64,000 bases of DNA from Candidatus Sumerlaeales bacterium (GCA_038243585.1 JBBSQY010000012.1:3314-67313), one strand, 5' to 3'. Shown: positions 1 to 8,680, numbered from the stretch's first letter. Numbers and translations: made by a program. Notes: generated by a model from the sequence alone, not told the origin.

Positions 1-1803
1 TTCGGTAATATTATGCGCACCTGGCGTTGATGGACGATTTCCGCGTAACATAAGAATTGTGCCGCCGCGAGGTCTCATTGATATGTATCCGTCATTAAAT
101 GTGTTGTATGGATTTATAATACTTCCATTTTCTGGGCCGGTATATGTCGTATCTACATAAATACTGCCTAATGCCTCAATCGCCCGGCTAAGGTTGACTC
201 TACCAGTTGTTCGATTGGCTTTAGGATCATGAATACCGTCGGCAGTCTGCCTTAGGAGGGGTTCCAGTGTATGAGGCGCTCCGTATCGTCCGATTCTCAC
301 CCGTTCCGCATGTTGCAGGCACGCCGCCGCTCCTGCTACGTATGGGCATGCGGCGGAAGTTCCACCAAAATTGGTAACAAAATTTCCAGAATTATTTCCA
401 CCTGCACCTATCGTATCACATGTATACGCGTTGTTAGAAGAACCCAGCAAAGACAACTTAGGCGAGGAATTGGAATAAGCTGTCACTTTATCCATAATAG
501 CGTCCTCAAAGAAAGCGCGTCCGCTTCCACAACTCGAAGATACGTGGGAGAGGCAGGATCCGGAATTTACGCACCAACCAAGTGTTCCTAAATTTGCCTC
601 ATATACGGCACCAACCGCCACTACGTTTGCGTTGCAAGCGGGGCTTCCCATAGAATTACAGAATCCATCATTACCTGAAGATGCAAAAATAGTTATGTTG
701 GCGGCATTACAGGCCGCTGCTATAGCGGTGTAATTACCAGTGTTGCACGTATTAGTATAATTGCCGCCGCCAAAACTAGTACTGATAATCATAATCGGGT
801 TATTCGGGTCTTTCTGCTGGTTCCGAAGACACCAATCCCAAGCGGCTTCTATAGTACCGGCGGCGGAAGATTGATTGGGGTCCGAATTTTTAGTAAGTTT
901 TAAAGCGTAAATTCGTGCAGCGTGCGCAACCCCACCAATATAATCTCCCACCGAACCTTCAGGCGGAATATCCCCCGCTGCTATTCCGGCACATGCCGTG
1001 CCGTGGTTCGCGGAAGAATGGTCTGGAGGAAGTGGATTAGTGTCTCCATCCCCATAGTCGTACCCGCCAATTACCTTTCCATTAGGGAATCCGCCGTTTC
1101 CAAGGTTTGGGTGGCGGTAGTCGACCCCTGTGTCTACAATTGCTATTGCAAGCCCCGAGCCATTGAACTCAGATCGTGTTTGCCCCGCCTGAATCAAAGG
1201 TATGCCTTGCCTGGTGTGTGGGATGACAATTTCGTCTGGAGAAATTGCCACTACATCAGGATCATTTTGCAAGAGTTGCAGTCCTTCAAAAGTGACATCA
1301 GCCGAAAAGCCAGGCACTGTCGTATATTTATGCTTGACTTTAATGATACCTGATAAGTTTCGGGCCAGCGCTTGTTCAACCTTTGTTTCATTGGTTTGTA
1401 CCAATGATTTCACCGAAGCGGGTTCGGTGTACACTGTTGTCAATTGTTTCGATTCAAATGCGAGTCTCACGATTACGGCCGTTACGGAAGTGCCTTCGCT
1501 GAACGGTTCCAGTATTTCGACATCGCTGTAAAGCTTATTGATAGGTGGTGGTGGAATCTCCAAAAAGGCCTTGTTGGCGACTGGAATGGAAGTTAAATCA
1601 AGCTGGGATGGAAGCATCGGATTTTGTGCAAGTGCAGTGGTGGAATAATCAGCAAGCGAAAGCATTGGAATTTGTGTTAGTGTGGTAGTGGCCCCGCACA
1701 CCAGCGGTAGAAGGATAAGCCCAACTGTCAGGAGCGGACGGATTTTTGGGTGTTCGAGAGCCGCTTTGAAGGGATTACTCGCTAAAATTTTATATACTGT
1801 CAC
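1..1803 (-). CDS. S8 subtilisin-like serine protease with signal peptide and I9-like propeptide; the C-terminus runs off the left edge of the window
   Basis: It is absent from the ORF track because no stop lies in the window. Hand translation of the minus strand is open from GTG 1803..1801 to position 1. The catalytic triad motifs are present: IAIVDTGVDY (Asp, near 1134), NHGTACAGI (His, near 995) and GGTSAACPYVAGAAA (Ser, near 345). A hydrophobic leader (LLTVGLILLPLVCGA) is also present. The GTG overlaps the upstream stop as GTGA; the start choice is uncertain. Confidence 0.85.
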   Translation of the reverse strand, partial: MTVYKILASNPFKAALEHPKIRPLLTVGLILLPLVCGATTTLTQIPMLSLADYSTTALAQNPMLPSQLDLTSIPVANKAFLEIPPPPINKLYSDVEILEPFSEGTSVTAVIVRLAFESKQLTTVYTEPASVKSLVQTNETKVEQALARNLSGIIKVKHKYTTVPGFSADVTFEGLQLLQNDPDVVAISPDEIVIPHTRQGIPLIQAGQTRSEFNGSGLAIAIVDTGVDYRHPNLGNGGFPNGKVIGGYDYGDGDTNPLPPDHSSANHGTACAGIAAGDIPPEGSVGDYIGGVAHAARIYALKLTKNSDPNQSSAAGTIEAAWDWCLRNQQKDPNNPIMIISTSFGGGNYTNTCNTGNYTAIAAACNAANITIFASSGNDGFCNSMGSPACNANVVAVGAVYEANLGTLGWCVNSGSCLSHVSSSCGSGRAFFEDAIMDKVTAYSNSSPKLSLLGSSNNAYTCDTIGAGGNNSGNFVTNFGGTSAACPYVAGAAACLQHAERVRIGRYGAPHTLEPLLRQTADGIHDPKANRTTGRVNLSRAIEALGSIYVDTTYTGPENGSIINPYNTFNDGYISMRPRGGTILMLRGNRPSTPGAHNITE

Positions 1804-3137
1804 TGTAGGTTCACCAACACTAGGACTAGGCCTGTTCCTTCTTTAAGTTCTGTCATGGCTTTGCCGATGACTGCTCCGTGAGAAATTTCTGTGTCTGTCG
1901 CTTTCATGGCGTGACCGGCAGTGTTGGAGGTGGTAAGTAGATCGCCAGGCGCTATTGATCCATTTTCAGCACTTACCTTTGCGTACACCCGTCCGGCCAT
2001 GGCGATCAGGTTGTTGCCGTCGGCCACGCCGTCTTGAGTGAGCTTAAGGCCCGGCCGTACGCCGCCAGCGCCGCTGATGATGCCGGCGACTTTGCGGTCG
2101 TAGGCGGTGGCGCTGGGTTTTACGTTGCCGGGATTGGCTTCGTCGATCACCATAACCGTTCCTGGTTCGGCGGAGGAGCCGTCGGTCTGATCGAAGCCCT
2201 CGGCGACGTCCGCGCCGCGAACTTCGACTACGGAAGCAGAGAGACTGTGACTAAAATACGCACCACCTAAGGCACGCACATTAAACGTCCCGACTCCTCT
2301 TGAATGGAACTCTACATCATTCTCGGTGTCAACATATCCATTAAAAACGAAGGAGCCGGCATGGTCAGCTTTTGCTTTTCTTCCAGCAGCAAAGGACGCT
2401 ATTCCGCCGGCTCGATTAAACGCTCCGCCAGGAATAGTGGCTTGATAGCCATCGGCATTATTATCGGCTCCACCTCCTACAACTCCCGTAGTATTCGGCC
2501 CACTTCCAACATTATTAGAACTGCCACCACCAATTACACCTCGGTTGGTATAAACATGATTATCAACTCCACCCGCTATTACTGCCCCGAAGATATCTGG
2601 AGCAATCTGGTTGCTTGCCGCACCGCCAATAATATTAGGGCCTAATGGGTTACGCTCAATACGCAATCCTCCACTAAGCCCCTCGGCCATTACCGCCATG
2701 GGCACTGCCTGAACCTGCGTGTGGGGCAGTAGAACGTTGTCTTCTACGCCACCGGCGACGGAGAGGTAGACGGACATGCCCGCTGGTGCGTTGTAATCCG
2801 CCGGTTCCAAGGTCTGCCCGGCGGCGGGTGTGCCTGTGCCGACGGCGTGGTTGACTACTCCGTCGGGTGACAGGACAACTTCGGCAGTTTCGGCGTAGAC
2901 GATTGTGCCGGGGTCTGTGGGGGTGGTTTTGTGGAGTATCTTGAACCACATGGTTTGGTTGCCGGAAAGCGGCGCGCCGGTAGGGGTGAAGGCTTTGCCT
3001 TGGTAGTTGAAGGTTAAGGGGACGTCGGCAAATGCTGAAGGTGCGCCGAAGATTGTGGCGGCTAGAAGAGCATACATCGCCGGCCTTGCCATAATACCAG
3101 GCGCAAACGGCCTGGCGGAAATCATTAGTTGTGTCAT
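1800..3137 (-). CDS. Secreted modular fibre/adhesin-like protein, paralog A (conserved N module, Gly/Asn-rich variable centre, conserved C module)
   Basis: 445 aa ORF with a signal peptide (ALLAATIFGAPSAFA/DVPL). Its N and C modules are about 85-92% identical to those of the two upstream paralogs. The centre is rich in GG..N..G repeats. The start overlaps the upstream stop as ATGA. Confidence 0.8.
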   Translation of the reverse strand: MTQLMISARPFAPGIMARPAMYALLAATIFGAPSAFADVPLTFNYQGKAFTPTGAPLSGNQTMWFKILHKTTPTDPGTIVYAETAEVVLSPDGVVNHAVGTGTPAAGQTLEPADYNAPAGMSVYLSVAGGVEDNVLLPHTQVQAVPMAVMAEGLSGGLRIERNPLGPNIIGGAASNQIAPDIFGAVIAGGVDNHVYTNRGVIGGGSSNNVGSGPNTTGVVGGGADNNADGYQATIPGGAFNRAGGIASFAAGRKAKADHAGSFVFNGYVDTENDVEFHSRGVGTFNVRALGGAYFSHSLSASVVEVRGADVAEGFDQTDGSSAEPGTVMVIDEANPGNVKPSATAYDRKVAGIISGAGGVRPGLKLTQDGVADGNNLIAMAGRVYAKVSAENGSIAPGDLLTTSNTAGHAMKATDTEISHGAVIGKAMTELKEGTGLVLVLVNLQ

Positions 3138-4414
3138 TGCAGGTTCACCAGCACCAGGACGAGGCCTGTTCCTTCTTTGAGTTCTGTCATGGCTTTTCCT
3201 AAAATAACGCCGCGTTCCGGGCCGGTGTCGTCGGCGCGCATGGCGTGACCTGCGGTGTTGGATGTGGTGAGGAGATCGCCGGGAGTGATCACGCCGTTTT
3301 CGGCGCTGGCTTTGGCGTAAACGCGTCCGGCCATGGCGATTAGATTGTTACCGTCGGCCACGCCTTCCTGAGTTAGCTTGAGGCCGGGTCTCACGCCGCC
3401 CGCGCCGCTGATTACGCCGGCGACCTTGCGGTCGTAGGCGATGGCGCTGGGTTTTACGTCGCCGGGATTGGCTTCGTCGATGACCATTACAGTGCCGGGT
3501 TCGGCGGCGGAGCCGTCGGTCTGATCGAAGCCCTCGGCGACGTCCGCGCCACGGACTTCGATCAGACTGGCAGACAGCTTACCATTTCCTTGAACAGCAA
3601 CTTGGCCATTATTAAAAATTTCAAGACCTTGTGTGACATTTCCATTTTCATCTGTTACTGTCCCAAATCGAATACCACCGGGCGCTTTTACATTAAATGA
3701 ACCAGCAATCGGTGGCGGTTGGTAATAATCTTGGTTATCACTAATCCAACTGCTCCATACGAAACATCCATTGGCGTTGGGACTACTTGCGCGAAAACCA
3801 GCGGGAAGTGAATGGTTACCTGTCGCATTGTTGTAGGAGCCTCCTGGGACAAACGAAAAATTTCCTGATGCAATGTTTTGATTACCGCCTAGAGACGCGG
3901 AATAAGCGCCGGTTGCCTGATTATTAGTTCCCAATGCGAACTTTTCCCCACCCAAAGTTTTCGCTATAACCGCCATGGGCACTGCCTGAATCGGCGTATG
4001 GGGCAGCAGAACATTTTCTTCTATGCCTCCGGCGACAGAAAGGTGGATGGTTGTTCCTGTGGGGGCGTTAAAATCCGCCGTTTCCAGTGACTGCCCGGCG
4101 GCGGGTGTGCCTGTGCCGACGGCGTGGTTTACTACTCCGTCGGGTGACAGGACAACTTCGGCAGTTTCGGCGTAGACGACTATACCGACGTCGGTGGGGG
4201 TGGTCTTGTGGATTATCTTGAACCACATAGTTTGGTTTCCAGAAAGCGGTGCGCCGGTTGGGGTAAAGGCTTTGCCCTGGTAGTTAAAGGTCAGCGGGAC
4301 TTCGGCAAACGCGGAGGGTGCGCCGAAGATTGTGGCGGCTAGAAGGGCATACATCGCCGGCCTTGCCATAATATTTGGCGTGAACGGCTTGGCAGAAATC
4401 ATTAGTTGTTTCAT
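3134..4414 (-). CDS. Secreted modular fibre/adhesin-like protein, paralog B
   Basis: 426 aa ORF with the same leader and the same N and C modules as paralog A. The central segment is different (LGTNNQATGAYSASLGGNQNIASGNFSFVPGGSYNNATGN...). It has ATGA overlaps at both ends. Confidence 0.8.
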   Translation of the reverse strand: MKQLMISAKPFTPNIMARPAMYALLAATIFGAPSAFAEVPLTFNYQGKAFTPTGAPLSGNQTMWFKIIHKTTPTDVGIVVYAETAEVVLSPDGVVNHAVGTGTPAAGQSLETADFNAPTGTTIHLSVAGGIEENVLLPHTPIQAVPMAVIAKTLGGEKFALGTNNQATGAYSASLGGNQNIASGNFSFVPGGSYNNATGNHSLPAGFRASSPNANGCFVWSSWISDNQDYYQPPPIAGSFNVKAPGGIRFGTVTDENGNVTQGLEIFNNGQVAVQGNGKLSASLIEVRGADVAEGFDQTDGSAAEPGTVMVIDEANPGDVKPSAIAYDRKVAGVISGAGGVRPGLKLTQEGVADGNNLIAMAGRVYAKASAENGVITPGDLLTTSNTAGHAMRADDTGPERGVILGKAMTELKEGTGLVLVLVNLQ

Positions 4415-5859
4415 TGCAGGTTCACCAGTACCAGGACGAGGCCTGTTCCTTCTTTGAGTTCTGTCATAGCTTTGCCGATAACTGCGCCGTGGGAAATTTC
4501 TTTGTCGGAGGCTTTCATGGCGTGGCCGGGGGTGTCAGCGGTGGTTAAAAGATCGCCTGGGGTGACGGGGCCGTTTTCGGCACTGACCTTGGCGTATACC
4601 CGGCCGGCCATGGCGATCAGGTTGTTTCCGTCGGCCACGCCGTCTTGAGTGAGCTTGAGGCCCGGCCTTACGCCGCCCGCGCCGCTGATGATGCCGGCGA
4701 CTTTACAATCGTAGGCGGTTGCGCTGGGTTTGACGTCGCCGGGATTTGCTTCGTCTATCACCATAACCGTTCCAGGTTCGGCGGAGGAGCCGTCGGTCTG
4801 GTCGAAGCCCTCGGCGACATCCGCGCCGCGGACTTCTATTGTTTTTGCGGAGAGAAGATCAGATACAAAGACAGGGCCGTCAAATGATCCAGCTCTGAAA
4901 TCCGATCTTGCGTATATACCGACTGCACCATTAGTTCCAATGCCTACCACCCCTGCGTGATTTACAGCACTAGTGTATCCTCCAATTGCGTCATTGTTAG
5001 TGCTTTCGCTACGTATTTCAGGGGATTGTATAGAAGTAGCATAGATAGGCCCATCAAATGCACCAGCTCTTCCAGTATCGGATCTACCATAAATTCCCAC
5101 GCCACCGTTAGTACCTATGCCTGTTATGCCTGAGTGATTTGCAGTTGTACTGTATCCTGCAATTGAATCAGCGACTGGGCTACTTGCTCTTATTGTGCCC
5201 GCTGCCAAGCTATCCAACTTTAGACTGTTGGTTGTAATAGTAGTAGCCAGCACAGCCACGGGTACTGCGTGAATTTGCGTGTGAGGCAGCAGAACGTTTT
5301 CTTCTACACCTCCGGCGACGGAGAGGTGGATGGTTGTGCCTGCTGGGGCGTTATAGTCTGCCACTTCCAGTGTTTGTCCGGCGGCGGGTGTGCCTGTACC
5401 GACGGCGTGGTTGACTATTCCGTCGGGTGACAGGACAACTTCGGCGGTTTCGGCGTAGACGACTGTGCCGGCGTCTGTGGGAGTGGTTTTGTGGAGTATC
5501 TTGAACCACATGGTTTGGTTGCCGGACAGCGGCGCACCGGTGGGGGTGAAGGCTTTTCCCTGATAGTTGAAGGTGAGGGGGACGTCGGCGCGGACGGCGG
5601 TGGGAGCGAGAAGTAAAATGGAGGCGGCTGTTAAGTAATGTGTCGCCTGTATGACAGTGTAGCTCTTGGGAGCGCCGGCATCCCGTCGGCTTAGGCTCCG
5701 CATGACAGCCGCTCTGCTTGCGCCGGAGAGACTTGCGACTGGAATTTCATTCATTTTCGCGGTGTCTGACTGTGCGCCTGGGATTAGACCGCCGGGATGC
5801 CGGAGCTCCCAGGAAATGCCGCTGGCTTGGGTTTTTGTTGAACTTTTAAATGGTGTCAT
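4411..5859 (-). CDS. Secreted modular fibre/adhesin-like protein, paralog C (divergent leader, internally duplicated central cassette)
   Basis: 482 aa ORF. The conserved N module starts at aa 92 (DVPLTFNYQGK) and the C module ends LVLVLVNLQ. The ATG at 5859 sits at the same CAATGA junction as in paralogs A and B. Internal starts at 5754 or 5703 (MRSLSRR...LLLAPTAVRA) are also possible. Confidence 0.75.
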   Translation of the reverse strand: MTPFKSSTKTQASGISWELRHPGGLIPGAQSDTAKMNEIPVASLSGASRAAVMRSLSRRDAGAPKSYTVIQATHYLTAASILLLAPTAVRADVPLTFNYQGKAFTPTGAPLSGNQTMWFKILHKTTPTDAGTVVYAETAEVVLSPDGIVNHAVGTGTPAAGQTLEVADYNAPAGTTIHLSVAGGVEENVLLPHTQIHAVPVAVLATTITTNSLKLDSLAAGTIRASSPVADSIAGYSTTANHSGITGIGTNGGVGIYGRSDTGRAGAFDGPIYATSIQSPEIRSESTNNDAIGGYTSAVNHAGVVGIGTNGAVGIYARSDFRAGSFDGPVFVSDLLSAKTIEVRGADVAEGFDQTDGSSAEPGTVMVIDEANPGDVKPSATAYDCKVAGIISGAGGVRPGLKLTQDGVADGNNLIAMAGRVYAKVSAENGPVTPGDLLTTADTPGHAMKASDKEISHGAVIGKAMTELKEGTGLVLVLVNLQ

Positions 5860-5940
5860 TGCAGGTTTACCGGCTCCAAAGCTAGGCCTGTGCTTTCTTA
5901 GGGTTTTGTATTGCGATGATAGCTTGATGTGACATCGGTT
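5856..5940 (-). pseudogene. Vestige of the 3' end of a fourth paralog of the fibre-like gene family
   Basis: On the plus strand, 5853-5912 (gtgtcattgcaggtttaccggctccaaagctaggcctgtgctttctt...) aligns by hand at about 45/59 nt with the 3' ends of paralogs A to C (gtgtcattgcaggttcaccagcaccaggacgaggcctgttccttctt...). It keeps the CAATGA junction but carries an in-frame TAA. Homology fades by about 5940. Confidence 0.6.
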
Positions 5941-5955
5941 GAGTCTTTAATGGGA

Positions 5956-6003
5956 AAGCGGTATCTGAACGGGTAACCCCGTCCTGCTACCGCACTCCAA
6001 ATT
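5956..6003 (+). repeat. 48 nt hairpin repeat ending in CCGCACTCCAAAT (family R3), copy 1
   Basis: aagcggtatctgaacgggtaaccccgtcctgctaccgcactccaaat has an outer stem GCGGTA/TACCGC. It is near-identical in length and ends to 32717..32764. Confidence 0.7.
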
Positions 6004-6066
6004 TGCTGGCTGTGGTTGCCGGGTTGGTTATTGTTATTAAGGCGTTCATTTGTGAATTTATTATGC

Positions 6067-6348
6067 TTAATCAGACGCATAGAGGTGCCAGAGGCGAGCG
6101 GCGGTTGGCTGTGGTGGGAAATATCCGGCATCCCATAGGTATGAGAATCCAAGAGCGGCGGCTGAGCCGTTTGCCGTCTGGGACATTCCTACGAGGGGCT
6201 GGCCCACGGTGGAGAACATGACTACTCCAACGCCCTGGCTGAATCCACCGCCGGAATTGATGGTGTCGGTGGCTGCGCTATAGCCGGATCGCGGGAGTAC
6301 AAGCAGAATGCCCAGGGCTACAAAAGTAAATCCGAATGCTAATCTCAT
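6067..6348 (-). CDS. Small secreted hypothetical protein (93 aa)
   Basis: The ORF has a clear signal peptide (MRLAFGFTFVALGILLVLPRSGYSA) and lies directly upstream of the paralog array on the same strand. No family was recognised. Confidence 0.4.
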   Translation of the reverse strand: MRLAFGFTFVALGILLVLPRSGYSAATDTINSGGGFSQGVGVVMFSTVGQPLVGMSQTANGSAAALGFSYLWDAGYFPPQPTAARLWHLYASD

Positions 6349-6504
6349 GTTTTATTCCTGATGTGGAAAGTAGAAAACAACCGTCATTGGTTCGGACAGA
6401 CGGCCATTCGGAATTCTTCTTAGCGGGATATTTTTTGGTGGCAAGCACTATCTTCAGGATTATAGTGTTTTGGGTTATAACTGGCCAAAAACGCGAATAT
6501 CGAT

Positions 6505-6596
6505 CTATGGCACCCTTTTAGGATGGGGGTTAAGACCCAAGGGTGTCGCTTCGCTTCCTGACACTTGGATATCTTATATGCCCTTTCGGGGCGGGG
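6505..6596 (+). repeat. ~100 nt structured intergenic repeat (family R4), copy A
   Basis: ctatggcacccttttaggatggg..ggttaagacccaagggtgtcgcttcgcttcctgac...atgccctttcggggcgggg aligns by hand to 8815..8922 in the same orientation. It contains several short hairpins. Confidence 0.65.
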
Positions 6597-6745
6597 TTTT
6601 CTCAGCAATCGTCGCGGAGTTTGTTCGCAATGGTACCGGATTTGGATATTGGGCCAGGTTTCTGGTCTTTCTGGATGCGCTCCAGTCTGGTCTTCATTTC
6701 TTCGAGGAACTTATCATCTCCAGTTGGGTTAACGACAGCTTGCAA

Positions 6746-7744
6746 TCAGCATTTACTCCAGAAGAAATGCACCAGATTGTCAACTTGATCCACCCCCAGC
6801 TTCTCTGGAAAATAATTAATATAGCCACACAGTGCCGATGGCGTCAGGACTTTCGCATAGGATTTTGCGGGCTTAGGCGGCAGGCTGCTGCGGGTTGCGA
6901 TTATGGTGCGAAGTTTTGTTTCCATACCGGCTTCTTTGAGCATCCTGTAGCAGAGGTAAGAGGCGCGGGCTACCTGCTTGTAGGGGTCATGGAAGTTTCC
7001 GGAGTCGGTGAAGTTCCGGCTCCAGAGTTTTACCTCGATGAGGTATACCCCCGGCGGACCAACGACGACGTAGTCAATTTGTGCCGTCTTTAAATGCTCC
7101 CCTTCGTAGTACAGGTAGCGGTTGTATTCCAGTCGCACATCGGCCAGGACGGTGAAGGAATCTGGCAGAGATTCCAAGTGGCGAAGGACGTCGATTTCGG
7201 CAACAGCGCCGGCGTATTCTTTACTCTCTAAGGCTGCGGTCGCTCCATCTAGTTTTTTGCGGAAAGGTTGGCGGTAGGACTCCACAAGATGGTGTTGGCT
7301 GTTGATATGATTTTGGAGGATCGCTTCTGTATGGAGGGGTAGTTTTTCCAAGTCGATGGCGCGCCGGGCATGCTGCTTTTGCAGATAGAGGCGGCGCAGT
7401 TTCAAGGGTCCCCAGAGGAACCACCTCTGCATCTGGCGGGCTGTGGATATTTTACCTTCTGGACTAAGGCGCTGATCAAGCTCAGCAATGTCGTAGGTAT
7501 GTTTGGTTTGCAGAGCGGCCAGTGCGGTGACATACTCCGCACGCTTCAGCGACACCAGATCTGTCAGTTCCCGCGTGGTGAGATTGAAGGCGTCCAGAGC
7601 GTCGATTTCGCTTTGGTTCCAGTCCTTTTCCAGTTGCGGCACCAGTGCGCGTAAATCATCTGGGGTGTCGGGATATAAGCCTATACATTTTAGCGGGGTT
7701 TGTATGTCTGTCCAGGCTCCGCTCTTGCCGTATACCTGGGCCAT
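6746..7744 (-). CDS. NERD (nuclease-related domain) protein with a helical N-terminal region
   Basis: 332 aa ORF. The C-terminal half has the NERD-like core AQIDYVVVGPPGVYLIEVKLWSRNF, preceded by GAVAEIDVLRHLESLPDSFTVLADV. Confidence 0.7.
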   Translation of the reverse strand: MAQVYGKSGAWTDIQTPLKCIGLYPDTPDDLRALVPQLEKDWNQSEIDALDAFNLTTRELTDLVSLKRAEYVTALAALQTKHTYDIAELDQRLSPEGKISTARQMQRWFLWGPLKLRRLYLQKQHARRAIDLEKLPLHTEAILQNHINSQHHLVESYRQPFRKKLDGATAALESKEYAGAVAEIDVLRHLESLPDSFTVLADVRLEYNRYLYYEGEHLKTAQIDYVVVGPPGVYLIEVKLWSRNFTDSGNFHDPYKQVARASYLCYRMLKEAGMETKLRTIIATRSSLPPKPAKSYAKVLTPSALCGYINYFPEKLGVDQVDNLVHFFWSKC

Positions 7745-7802
7745 TTAAATGCTGCCTGTTTTATATAGGAATTTTACGAAGATGATGAGCCTCAATTGCA
7801 TG

Positions 7803-8519
7803 TTACAGGCTCAAATCCTTTGGCCACAGGAAGTATGGCCCGAACCTTTTAGAGTAGCGATATTCTCCGCCAGCGGCTTTGCCGGTCTCTGTGAGGGTGT
7901 GTTTGGCGGGTTCTCCTTCGAGAAATCCCTTCGCCAGCAGCTTTTCTATGAGTTCCTGAGTTTTACAACCCAGTTCTTTTGCAAGCCTGGACGTGGTGAG
8001 CTTTTCTGACTCTTCCTCTTCGGCGGCTATCAGGGCTGATTCATCGGGTTCTTTGGTCTTCTCAACAGTCTCGGCAGACAGACGAATCTCTTCGCTTACA
8101 CGGATCAGCCGCTGAGCCTCTTCATAGGTGTCTTTATACAGATCCGGCTCTTTGTCCCGCTCTACGAACACGCCCATTTCGTTGTTATTAACCTGGCTGA
8201 ATTCGTAGAGGTTCATGGAGGTGATAATTGCGGATGATTCGTTGAGGTAGCACTTTGCGTGAAGGTTCTGGCAGAAGCTGGTCCTGACAAAATCGAGGGA
8301 GCGAAGCCACTTTATCTCCTGGGGTTGCAGTTCGCTTTTGCCGAATACCACGCGGACGTCGATCTTGAGTCGGTTTTTATCCTCGAGGAGTTCTTTCATG
8401 CGGTCGTTGAACTTGAGGAACGGGCTGATGATGATCAACCGGTCTTTTGCGCCTTTGATGAGTTCTTCGAGGAAGTAGTTTGTCGCGCTGGTATTTAGGA
8501 ATTTAGCCATGGCGACCAT
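7803..8519 (-). CDS. Phospholipase D-family (HKD) nuclease-like protein with a C-terminal helix-turn-helix-like tail
   Basis: 238 aa ORF with a single HKD motif context (NLHAKCYLNESSAIITSMNLYEFSQVNNNEMGV). The layout is Nuc/restriction-endonuclease-like (DRLIIISPFL...). The C-terminal ~70 aa is basic/helical (TTSRLAKELGCKTQELIEKLLAKGF). Confidence 0.7.
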   Translation of the reverse strand: MVAMAKFLNTSATNYFLEELIKGAKDRLIIISPFLKFNDRMKELLEDKNRLKIDVRVVFGKSELQPQEIKWLRSLDFVRTSFCQNLHAKCYLNESSAIITSMNLYEFSQVNNNEMGVFVERDKEPDLYKDTYEEAQRLIRVSEEIRLSAETVEKTKEPDESALIAAEEEESEKLTTSRLAKELGCKTQELIEKLLAKGFLEGEPAKHTLTETGKAAGGEYRYSKRFGPYFLWPKDLSL

Positions 8520-8652
8520 GACATACGCCCGCTGTCAAAGGGATCAAGCTTTTTTGTTTGGTAAACGCTAGCGAAGTTAATGGGGAGATTGATGATAAAA
8601 TATGATTTCGGCTGATTCCGGATTTTCGTGGGGTGGTCGCTCCGCTTGGGTT

Positions 8653-8680
8653 AAGGCGGTGATGAATCACCGCACTCCAG
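8653..8680 (+). repeat. Short variant of hairpin repeat family R3 (GGCGGTGAT/ATCACCGC + ACTCCAG)
   Basis: aaggcggtgatgaatcaccgcactccag has the same terminal CCGCACTCCA motif as the copies at 5956 and 32717. Confidence 0.5.

Noticed and set aside
271-1531. Plus-strand ORFs 271..591, 922..1353 and 1202..1531
   Set aside because: They lie antisense to a continuous minus-strand frame that carries a complete S8 protease catalytic triad. Their translations are Arg/Cys-rich with no recognisable motifs.
1800-5859. Diversity-generating retroelement (DGR) as the source of the variable cassettes
   Set aside because: No reverse transcriptase gene is present. There is no template/variable repeat pair with adenine-specific differences. 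The centres are entirely unrelated sequences rather than point-mutated copies.
6602-6745. 47-codon open frame immediately after, and in frame with, the NERD gene stop (…DDKFLEEMKTRLERIQKDQKPGPISKSGTIANKLRDDC)
   Set aside because: It reads protein-like and could be a readthrough extension or a small ORF. However, it is short, begins only with TTG right after the TGA, and I have no comparative evidence.
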